Virus record (IMG/VR): IMGVR_UViG_3300032319_000568
Location: 15,607-79,606 of that record
Length of the DNA stretch: 64,000 nucleotides
Reading direction: 5' to 3' (one strand)
DNA from: a virus
Lineage: Duplodnaviria; Caudoviricetes
Positions within the stretch are counted from its first letter, which is position 1, and each line of letters begins with the position of its first letter. Of this stretch, positions 38,339-45,343 are shown in pieces. The notes under the pieces were generated by a model. The model worked only from the letters and a program-made list of their open reading frames with translations, ran no database searches and was not told the origin of the DNA. The position numbers were made by a program, and so were the translations under genes.

Positions 38339-38432
38339 GGTTCCGTAGTTTAACGGTAGAACGCAACGCTTATAACGTTGATAAGCTCTAGATTTGAGCA
38401 CGGTCTCGGTTCGAATCCGGGCGGAACCACCA
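38339..38432 (+). tRNA. trnI: tRNA-Ile(UAU) with long variable arm
   Basis: CAACG-CTTATAA-CGTTG, variable hairpin GCTC-TAGATTT-GAGC, TTCGAAT, A73-CCA; 94 nt. Confidence 0.85.
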
Positions 38433-38516
38433 TTTTTAATAGTTCATTGAAAATTAAAATTAAATTGGTAGACAAAATAATTTGTATTTTGAGTTGTGTC
38501 TACCATATATATTCAT

Positions 38517-39221
38517 ATGAATAAATTATGTGAATATGGATGTGGATTGCCAGCAATTAATCAACTAAAAAATGGAAAGTTTTGTTGTTCAAAACACAAC
38601 AATAGTTGTCCTGAAAATAAAAAGAAAAACGCTGAAGGATTGAAACAATCATATGAAAGTGGGGTTAGAAAACCAGCTGGATATGTTTATGAAAAATTAT
38701 CTGATGATGTAAAGAAAAGAATGGCGTGGTCTAGAGGTAAATCATCTTATGATGACACTAGAATAAAAAACAAATATTCAGATGACCAAATTTTTAAAGA
38801 AAATACAACCATTTCAAATAAAGTTGTAAAAAGCAGATTAATGTCAAATCCAAATTTTGAACATAAGTGTGAGTTATGTTCTACTAAAGAATGGTATGAC
38901 CCTTTTGAAAGTAAAACTAAGCCAGTAAATCTAGAATTAGACCATATAAATGGCAATGAAAGAGACAACAGAAAAGAAAATTTAAGATTGATTTGTTCTA
39001 ATTGTCATAGTTTTACTCCTACATATAAAGGGAGAAACATTAATAAATTTCTAAATCGGGGCGATAGAAAAGTTTCTGATGAAATTCTTTTACAAGAGTT
39101 GAAAACAAAAAATATAAGACAATCTTTAATTTCAGTAGGATTATGTGCTTCTGGTGAAAATTATGAAAGATGTAAAATTTTGAAAAGTCAGTTGACTTCA
39201 GAAGAAAATGTGGTAAGATGA
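38517..39221 (+). CDS. free-standing HNH endonuclease inside tRNA array
   Basis: CEYGCG..CCS, CELC, ELDHINGNERDNRKENLRLICSNCHSFTPTYKGRN. Confidence 0.9.
   Translation: MNKLCEYGCGLPAINQLKNGKFCCSKHNNSCPENKKKNAEGLKQSYESGVRKPAGYVYEKLSDDVKKRMAWSRGKSSYDDTRIKNKYSDDQIFKENTTISNKVVKSRLMSNPNFEHKCELCSTKEWYDPFESKTKPVNLELDHINGNERDNRKENLRLICSNCHSFTPTYKGRNINKFLNRGDRKVSDEILLQELKTKNIRQSLISVGLCASGENYERCKILKSQLTSEENVVR
39192..39219 (+). promoter_or_regulatory. sigma70-type promoter embedded in the HNH 3' end
   Basis: TTGACT-16nt-TAAGAT. Confidence 0.75.
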
Positions 39222-39260
39222 AAGAGTAGTAAGTGATGGTTCTTTGTAAGTAATTTAAAT

Positions 39261-39594
39261 GGGCGTGTAGACCAGCGGAAGAGTCAACAGACTTTAGCGT
39301 AAATTGAGTGCTTAGAGAGAAATCTCTAAAGTAGAATTTGTCAAATTCGGGGAAAGCTTAACTGCCAATCCCGAGCCAAGCTCAGAAATGAGAAGGTGTA
39401 GAGACTTAACGGCAAACATCTAAAACAGAAATGTTATGATGAAGAGAAAGTCCAGACCACAAACGATGAAATCAGTTGTATATGATGGGCTATAATCCAT
39501 TTAAATTACAACTTGTCAAAAGACCGTCGGTAGTGAAAACTATAGTGGTACGAAAATCTGTAAAGCGGTGGTTCGAATCCACTCACGCCTACCA
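39261..39594 (+). tRNA. trnL: tRNA-Leu(UAA) split by a group I intron (exons 39261-39294 and 39553-39594)
   Basis: spliced 76-nt cloverleaf, ACAGA-CTT|AAAA-TCTGT, T-arm GGTGG-TTCGAAT-CCACT, A73-CCA. Confidence 0.92.
39295..39552 (+). mobile_element. ORF-less group I intron, 258 nt, trnL(UAA)/IC3-like
   Basis: P AAATTCGGGGAAA, Q AATCCCGAGCCAAG, R GAAGGTGTAGAGACT, S GAAGAGAAAGTCCAG; follows U34, ends in G. Confidence 0.92.
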
Positions 39595-39607
39595 TTTTCA
39601 ATTGAAT

Positions 39608-39734
39608 AAGTTGTAGCGAATGGCGCAGCAGGAGGTCGGTACCCAAAGTTGTAGACACGGGGAAAACCGCCGATTAACGATATAACTATGAATAGACGTT
39701 ATGTATGTGGGTTCAAGTCCCATCAACTTTTTCA
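39608..39734 (+). ncRNA. tRNA-like RNA with expanded anticodon region, no encoded CCA
   Basis: acceptor AAGTTG/CAACTT, D-arm GCG-AATGG-CGC, T-arm GTGGG-TTCAAGT-CCCAT. Confidence 0.55.
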
Positions 39735-39749
39735 ATAGTTCTTTAAATT

Positions 39750-39910
39750 TTTGGGTGAAGGGTGATATTATATCGTTTTTACTTGTTTTTCTCCTTATTT
39801 CTACTAATGTAGATGTAGGATAAGCTGCGAGTTAAAATCTGAGGTTAACTAGGATTTTAATTTCAAAATGATGCTTAATAAAACAATAGTCACTAATAAG
39901 CCCCAATAAT
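39750..39910 (+). ncRNA. unassigned ~160-nt structured RNA containing a Cas12a-repeat-like hairpin
   Basis: bounded by boxA-like sites; TTGGG/CCCAA closure; TTAAAATC/GATTTTAA hairpin. Confidence 0.4.
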
Positions 39911-39934
39911 TTTCAATAGTTCTTTAACAATTTA

Positions 39935-40234
39935 AGATAGTGGCGGAACAACAATTAGTTTAGTTGTAACGCACAATATATGGCGTTGAAAAACGTTGTA
40001 TATTGGTTGGAGTAGGAGTCATGGAGGGTAAATCTATGGAGAATTTGAGGTCGTACAACCTTGAATTTGAGCGTATCGGGATCGTAGCTAAAATATATGA
40101 TAAATCGTAGCCCGTTGTGGGGAAAACAAAATCCCATCAGTCATTAACACAAGGAGTAATTAACCGTGTGGACTGTGGATGAATAACCAGTCGTGATTCT
40201 GAAACTTGGAGGTAATCATTAGTCCTTCCTATTT
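39935..40234 (+). ncRNA. unassigned ~300-nt structured RNA with tRNA-like ends
   Basis: AGATAG/CTATTT closure, TGGCGGAA D-loop-like, GGAGG/CCTTC T-like stem, several internal hairpins. Confidence 0.45.
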
Positions 40235-40244
40235 GAATTTAAAC

Positions 40245-40317
40245 GCGGGTCAGGTGTAAAGAGAGCACGTTAGTCTACCAGACTAAAAGGCGAAATGCAA
40301 AGTTCGGACCCGCTCCA
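40245..40317 (+). tRNA. trnG: tRNA-Gly(ACC)
   Basis: G1C2G3/C70G71C72, U73-CCA (Gly identity); TTAGT-CTACCAG-ACTAA; slightly short T-loop. Confidence 0.8.
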
Positions 40318-40325
40318 GTTTTAAT

Positions 40326-40398
40326 GCGATATTAGTGTCATGAGGAGCACGCTCACATTCCAGTGAGTAGGCCGGTGCAAGTCCGAGATATCGCTCCA
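40326..40398 (+). tRNA. trnG: tRNA-Gly(UCC)-like with 8-nt anticodon loop and weak T-stem
   Basis: GCGATAT/ATATCGC, U73-CCA; GCTCA-CATTCCAG-TGAGT. Confidence 0.65.
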
Positions 40399-40407
40399 GT
40401 TTTTGAT

Positions 40408-40484
40408 AGTCCTGTAGCTCAACAGAGCAGAGCAATCAGTTTATAACTGATAGGTTGTGGGTTCGAAGCCCATCGGGACTACCA
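40408..40484 (+). tRNA. trnI: tRNA-Ile(UAU)
   Basis: ATCAG-TTTATAA-CTGAT, GTGGG-TTCGAAG-CCCAT, A73-CCA. Confidence 0.9.
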
Positions 40485-40493
40485 TTTTATAAC

Positions 40494-40607
40494 GGATCAA
40501 TAGCTCAATTCGGTTAGAGCAGTGAACTCTTTCGCTGCTTATAAACTAAAAGGTATAAGTAGAAAATAATTCATCGGTTATCGGTTCAAGTCCGGTTTGA
40601 TCCACCA
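40494..40607 (+). tRNA. tRNA with 36-nt insertion in the anticodon loop (spliced anticodon CAU or CUU)
   Basis: canonical D-arm, T-arm, acceptor GGATCAA/TTGATCC, A73-CCA; anticodon stem GTGAA/TTCAT encloses 43 nt instead of 7. Confidence 0.8.
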
Positions 40608-40609
40608 TT

Positions 40610-41011
40610 TTAATAAATCTTTAGTCCTAGAGATTTTCTCCCTTTACCTTTATTTTTTGCTCTACAAGTATCAAGTTGTGAATCACAATTAGGACATATT
40701 AAACGAAAATTAGAATAAGAATTGTTATTAGCATATCCGTCAATGTGGTCTACCCACAACCTTATAGGTTTACTATTCCAATTATTTCCGTCTATACCAC
40801 AAAGTGAACATTTATTTCCATAATCTTCACATAACATTGAATATATCAATGGTCTCGTAGGCACTTTTGGATACGAACCATTTCTAATTTGATTTTTAAT
40901 TGCAGTGGTTTGATAATGTTGTTGACATTTATTACTACAATAAATTCCCTTTGATACAGATGAATGATATGTAAATATTTTATTGCATGTTTTACAATTT
41001 GAATTAATCAT
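40610..41011 (-). CDS. free-standing HNH endonuclease
   Basis: CKTC..YCSNKC, CSLCG, WVDHIDGYANNNSYSNFRLICPNCDSQ. Confidence 0.88.
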   Translation of the reverse strand: MINSNCKTCNKIFTYHSSVSKGIYCSNKCQQHYQTTAIKNQIRNGSYPKVPTRPLIYSMLCEDYGNKCSLCGIDGNNWNSKPIRLWVDHIDGYANNNSYSNFRLICPNCDSQLDTCRAKNKGKGRKSLGLKIY

Positions 41012-41151
41012 TTCTCCCCTTTCTTTTTATAATATCTTTCTAATGCTTGTTCTTTTTTAACTTGTTGATTTTTGAAATAATACCGCATTTGTCTTTCACG
41101 TCGTGCGTTTAATTTTTCTTCATCTGTGATATATTTTTCTTTTCTTCCCAT
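41008..41151 (-). CDS. small basic protein (47 aa, not in ORF track)
   Basis: MGRKEKYITDEEKLNARRERQMRYY..; CTATTTAT upstream; ATGA overlap with HNH. Confidence 0.6.
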   Translation of the reverse strand: MGRKEKYITDEEKLNARRERQMRYYFKNQQVKKEQALERYYKKKGEK

Positions 41152-41204
41152 ACTAATAAATAGTGATTGAATATATCAAAGTAGAAAAAAAGTAGAAAAA
41201 TTTG

Positions 41205-41233
41205 TTGACTTTTTTAAAAAACTTTGGTAGTAT
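41205..41233 (+). promoter_or_regulatory. sigma70-type promoter
   Basis: TTGACT-17nt-TAGTAT with TG extension. Confidence 0.65.
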
Positions 41234-41254
41234 AAACAATAGAAAACGAAGCGT

Positions 41255-41494
41255 ATGGCACATTTAATTAAACTAAATCAATTGGATCTCAATCACGATA
41301 ATACCCGCACTTATATTCCAATTTTATTTAATTTGGATAGGGCAATTAGTATGGAACCAAGTCCTAGTGGTAAGCACACTGTTATTAATACATCTCACCA
41401 GAATGGTGGATCTATTAGAGTTAAGGAAACACTTGATGAAATATTAAAGTTGAGCAGTGGCTGTTATGGTGACAAAACTCGACTGAATGGATAG
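41255..41494 (+). CDS. small hypothetical protein (FlbD-like beta fold possible)
   Basis: LFNLD.AISME, T.I, IRVKETLDEI. Confidence 0.55.
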   Translation: MAHLIKLNQLDLNHDNTRTYIPILFNLDRAISMEPSPSGKHTVINTSHQNGGSIRVKETLDEILKLSSGCYGDKTRLNG

Positions 41495-41529
41495 TTACAG
41501 TAACATCCTATTAAAGGGGGTTTTATTTT

Positions 41530-41832
41530 ATGGAGTTTAAGCATGTTTATATGGGTACAAACTGTGAAGGTAGAGATGAATATGTTTGCACTATTATCAA
41601 CAATCGTGGTGTGGATGTGGGTCATTGTAAGTATTATAAGCCTAATGTATATGATGAAGTGGTAATAATTGAGTTTATTGATATTGGGTATGAACATCGT
41701 AGGCGTGGGTATGCGACGGCTATGGTGAATGAGTTACAGAGTAGGTATACATTAAAATGGGATTACAGGTTCAGTGAGGTGGGTAGAAAATGGTATGATG
41801 GGTTGTTAAAAAAACAAGTGATAAGTGTTTGA
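41530..41832 (+). CDS. GNAT-family acetyltransferase-like protein
   Basis: IEFIDI...HRRRGYATAMV acetyl-CoA motif. Confidence 0.75.
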   Translation: MEFKHVYMGTNCEGRDEYVCTIINNRGVDVGHCKYYKPNVYDEVVIIEFIDIGYEHRRRGYATAMVNELQSRYTLKWDYRFSEVGRKWYDGLLKKQVISV

Positions 41833-41874
41833 ATATTATATTTATTTATAATAACAATTTAAATATATTATATT

Positions 41875-42378
41875 ATGACCAAAGAAGATTTGAAACAACT
41901 AATTTACGAAGTATACGAAGAAGAAATGGCAGAAACCAAGAAAAAGGGATCTGCTAAAGCGGAACCAACAAAAGAAGTTCCTAAAGCTGTTAAGAAAGTT
42001 GTAGCTCCAGCTAAGAAAGTTGTTGCTGCTGTTAAAAAGGTTGAAGAACCAACTAATAAAGTAACTAAGAATTTGGTACATCACATTGAGAAACGAGAAA
42101 AGTCGAATAAGTTTACGGGTGATAAAGCTGATGCTGATTTATTTGACAAAGTGGGCAAGATGCTTAAGAGGCATGTTGGTAGAACATTAGAAGAGTCTGA
42201 TGTTGAGAAGATGATGGAAGAAATGGAATGTGAAGAATGTTATGAAGAAGGTGCAAAGCCTGACTTTTTGGATCTGGATAAAGATGGTAACAAGAATGAG
42301 CCAATGAAGAAAGCCGCAATGGATGCTAAAACGAGTAAAAAGTTAAAAGAAATTATAGAAAAAGCTAAAAACATTTAA
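41875..42378 (+). CDS. Lys/Glu-rich modular protein with EF-hand-like PDFLDLDKDG motif
   Basis: repeated KKVV units; DxDxDG loop. Confidence 0.7.
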   Translation: MTKEDLKQLIYEVYEEEMAETKKKGSAKAEPTKEVPKAVKKVVAPAKKVVAAVKKVEEPTNKVTKNLVHHIEKREKSNKFTGDKADADLFDKVGKMLKRHVGRTLEESDVEKMMEEMECEECYEEGAKPDFLDLDKDGNKNEPMKKAAMDAKTSKKLKEIIEKAKNI

Positions 42379-42393
42379 AATAAAAATTGATTG

Positions 42394-42420
42394 ACCCGTT
42401 CAGAAATGAACGGGTTTTTT
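42394..42420 (+). terminator. intrinsic terminator
   Basis: ACCCGTTCA-GAAA-TGAACGGGT then T-tract. Confidence 0.9.
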
Positions 42421-42522
42421 GTGTGATGAAATGATATGAAAATGTTGTGAGGATATAATCTAACGGTTAAAACACTTTAAAAGTAAGCATAAGAGTAGAT
42501 TTGAGTGATATTTATAACTATT

Positions 42523-44001
42523 ATGAAGCTATTTAGAGATTTACTTTTAGAAAACCCAGATACTGTATATTATAAGCGAAAGACTTATAGTTATACTTCT
42601 CCAGCGAATAAATGTGCTTTTCTTGTATATAAAGATGAAAAGAGTGGTAAAAACGCTATATTTGGATATAGTGTGGTTAAAAAAGATTTTGTTTGTGATG
42701 ATAGTGATGTATTAAAAGAAGTTGATGAATTGGATAAAGCTCCTAATATAAAATACGATGATGGTAGTAGAGAACAGACTAATTATTGGGCACAACAGGG
42801 TATTAAGAAGTTAAAAAGTGGAAACGATGGTGGTGGTCATTTACAATTGGAGAATATTTTAAAAGGTATAGGTAGATTTGGTGCTTATGCCGATCCACTT
42901 TTGAAGGGTAGAATATTTGAAGTGTATGATGATAAGGATGTGGTTGATGATTCTGATTTAAAGATTGAGAGTACAATACCCAGTGGCAAAGCTATTATTG
43001 TAACATTCTGGGATGCTAGAAGAGAAAAAATAATTAAATATAAAGATCAATATGAAAAAGTAATAGAGTTCAATGGATATGACCCCAAAGAATGTTTGTA
43101 TGAACCAAGCCTCAAATTTTATACCTATACTGAATTTTATAACAATGACGAACCCAAATCGATTGAATCTAAACCTGTTCAACCAGTTGTTGGTACCAAA
43201 GCTTCAGATAGTTTCAGCGTGGGTGATAAAGTAAAAGTTAAAGGAATGAATGTTGCTGGAGTGGTATTATCTATCAGTGCAGCTAATACTATTAAATTAA
43301 AAGTAAACAAGTCAGATTTAAAAACTGTGCCTGTTGGTTCTGAATTTGATTTTCCATATTATGGTTTACAACTTGATACCAGTCATACTACAAAATTCAA
43401 AGTGGGTGATAAAATAAGATTAAAAGGTTTACCTGATATTACTGGTGACGTAACACATGTTGATGGTAATCATATTACTATTGAAATAACAAGTTCAAAA
43501 TATTCATTTGGTGCGTTTAGACAAGGAAGAGCTCTTAAAATACTAGCTTCTGGTGCGGAACTTGTTCAACCACAATCAGATGATACTGTGGCTGCTTCAG
43601 CCAAGCTTGATAAAGTGATTGATGATAAGACTCAAGAGTTTGTTGAAAAACGAGGTAAATTACATTCAACTGGTGCTACATATACTCCAGCGGAAAAACA
43701 AAATTTAGAAAATGAAGTGGATAGTTTAGAAATTGAAATCAAGATACTAAATGATTTATTGACTTCGGGTGAAAAGTATTATACAGACAATGTAAAAGAC
43801 GTTGTAGCTACATCTGTACAACGCAAATTGGATGCTAAACAAAAAGAAAAACAAGATAGATACAGTTTGATAACCCAAGCTGAAAAGCAATATGGTATGC
43901 CTATTGCACAAATAAGACAAAAGTATAGAAATGTGCCATTGGATCAATTGGTTAAGAAAGAATCATTATATAAGAAACTATTGAAAGCATTACGAGGATG
44001 A
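42523..44001 (+). CDS. hypothetical protein with two KOW/SH3-like repeats
   Basis: FSVGDKVKVKG and FKVGDKIRLKG; start reassigned to 42523. Confidence 0.7.
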   Translation: MKLFRDLLLENPDTVYYKRKTYSYTSPANKCAFLVYKDEKSGKNAIFGYSVVKKDFVCDDSDVLKEVDELDKAPNIKYDDGSREQTNYWAQQGIKKLKSGNDGGGHLQLENILKGIGRFGAYADPLLKGRIFEVYDDKDVVDDSDLKIESTIPSGKAIIVTFWDARREKIIKYKDQYEKVIEFNGYDPKECLYEPSLKFYTYTEFYNNDEPKSIESKPVQPVVGTKASDSFSVGDKVKVKGMNVAGVVLSISAANTIKLKVNKSDLKTVPVGSEFDFPYYGLQLDTSHTTKFKVGDKIRLKGLPDITGDVTHVDGNHITIEITSSKYSFGAFRQGRALKILASGAELVQPQSDDTVAASAKLDKVIDDKTQEFVEKRGKLHSTGATYTPAEKQNLENEVDSLEIEIKILNDLLTSGEKYYTDNVKDVVATSVQRKLDAKQKEKQDRYSLITQAEKQYGMPIAQIRQKYRNVPLDQLVKKESLYKKLLKALRG

Positions 44002-45014
44002 AAACAAAGAAACTTAGAATTTTTGATCTGGATGATACACTTTTTGAAACAGAAGCTAAAGTTATTGTTACTTCTGTCGATAATACTAGTAGACAAATTA
44101 CCCCAGCTGAATATGCTGTATATGAACCACAATCAGGCGATAAGTTTGATTTTAGTCAATTTCAAACACTTATTAACCCAACGTTAATTCGTTCAATTGG
44201 TAAACGATTTTATAAGATAGTTACATCTTCGAATGGTGATCGTAAGACTGTGATATTGACGGCTAGAGGATCTGAAGCTGTTCCACACATAAAAGATATA
44301 ATTAGAAAGTACTTTAGAGTAAACATTGAGGTGGTTACTCTTGGTACTGGTGATCCTATGGCTAAGGCTAATTGGATATTGAACAAGATACAAAATGAGG
44401 GTTACAATGATATATTCTTTGTGGATGATAGCAACAAGAATATATTGGCTACATATAGAACTATTAACAATTTGCCTATTAAGTATAAGTTAGTTGATAT
44501 TACTACCCCGCGCAAATATGAGGGTAACAATCTTCCAACTACTAATAGTTTAACTGAGATGTTAAAGAATGTGGTTGATAAAGAAAGACTTAAGAAGGCT
44601 TATAAGTTTTTTGTTAACAAGTTAAGTTTACCCAGTGGAAAAATCAAGTTAGAGTTTGGTAGTTTAGAAGATGATGTGCAAGGTAAGGTAAAAGTGGAGG
44701 GTGATGCTAAGCCATATAAAGTAAAAAATTATACCATTATTATGAGAACAAACAGTCCTCATAGCGGTGATGATCAGATTAAGACATTGGCGCATGAGAT
44801 GTGGCATATTAAGCAGGTTGAGGATGGTAAGTTAAATACATTTGATAACAGTTGGCAAGGCAAAGTATATCCTAGATACAAAGATAATGATCCAAAAGAA
44901 AAGACTTTACCGTGGGAAGTTGATGCTAGAATAAATGCTGAGGATTTGTATGTAGAGTATAATAGATATGCTAGAGAAGTAGGCGCGGCTACCAAGATTA
45001 TAAAGATTAAGTAA
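43998..45014 (+). CDS. HAD-superfamily phosphatase fused to HExxH metallopeptidase-like domain
   Basis: IFDLDDTLF, ILTARG, FFVDD; then TLAHEMWHIKQ..PWEVDA. Confidence 0.8.
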   Translation: MKTKKLRIFDLDDTLFETEAKVIVTSVDNTSRQITPAEYAVYEPQSGDKFDFSQFQTLINPTLIRSIGKRFYKIVTSSNGDRKTVILTARGSEAVPHIKDIIRKYFRVNIEVVTLGTGDPMAKANWILNKIQNEGYNDIFFVDDSNKNILATYRTINNLPIKYKLVDITTPRKYEGNNLPTTNSLTEMLKNVVDKERLKKAYKFFVNKLSLPSGKIKLEFGSLEDDVQGKVKVEGDAKPYKVKNYTIIMRTNSPHSGDDQIKTLAHEMWHIKQVEDGKLNTFDNSWQGKVYPRYKDNDPKEKTLPWEVDARINAEDLYVEYNRYAREVGAATKIIKIK

Positions 45015-45321
45015 TATATCTACTATCGGTGGATTTCCAATTTGGTACTAAACTTTCCCAATAATCTATACGTTGTTGGACCTCCTCAAAAGTTTTTGGA
45101 TCACGTATGTATTCTATGCTTCCCGGTATTAGTTTATAGTCAAAAATATGTTCCGGTGTTTGTATTATTACAGTTGGAAATGCGCTTATATACGGAAATG
45201 CTAATCTTACGAGGTAACCATCGTCTTCTACAATTTCTACGTTGGATAAATTTTTATATTTATTAACAAATTCTCTACTTTGTTTGTCGTTTTCGTTATT
45301 AATAATTAATATATCTTTCAT
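45007..45321 (-). CDS. small protein, possible thioredoxin-like fold
   Basis: ISAFPTVII cis-Pro-like motif. Confidence 0.45.
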   Translation of the reverse strand: MKDILIINNENDKQSREFVNKYKNLSNVEIVEDDGYLVRLAFPYISAFPTVIIQTPEHIFDYKLIPGSIEYIRDPKTFEEVQQRIDYWESLVPNWKSTDSRYIT

Positions 45322-45343
45322 AATCTGGTATTAATAAATATTA

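Noticed and set aside
39750-39910. CRISPR array
   Set aside because: Only a single repeat-like handle; no second repeat, spacers or cas genes anywhere in the window
38070-40137. ORFs 38070..38297 and 39955..40137
   Set aside because: They overlap tRNAs or structured RNA and have no protein-like motifs
39935-40234. tmRNA or RNase P RNA assignment for the unassigned RNAs
   Set aside because: No G3:U70 pair, CCA or convincing tag ORF; no GAGGAAAGUCC-type RNase P signature
34650-40398. Link between the 8-nt-loop tRNA-Gly and the +1 frameshift near 34659
   Set aside because: The frameshift quadruplet GTGA is not complementary to that anticodon loop
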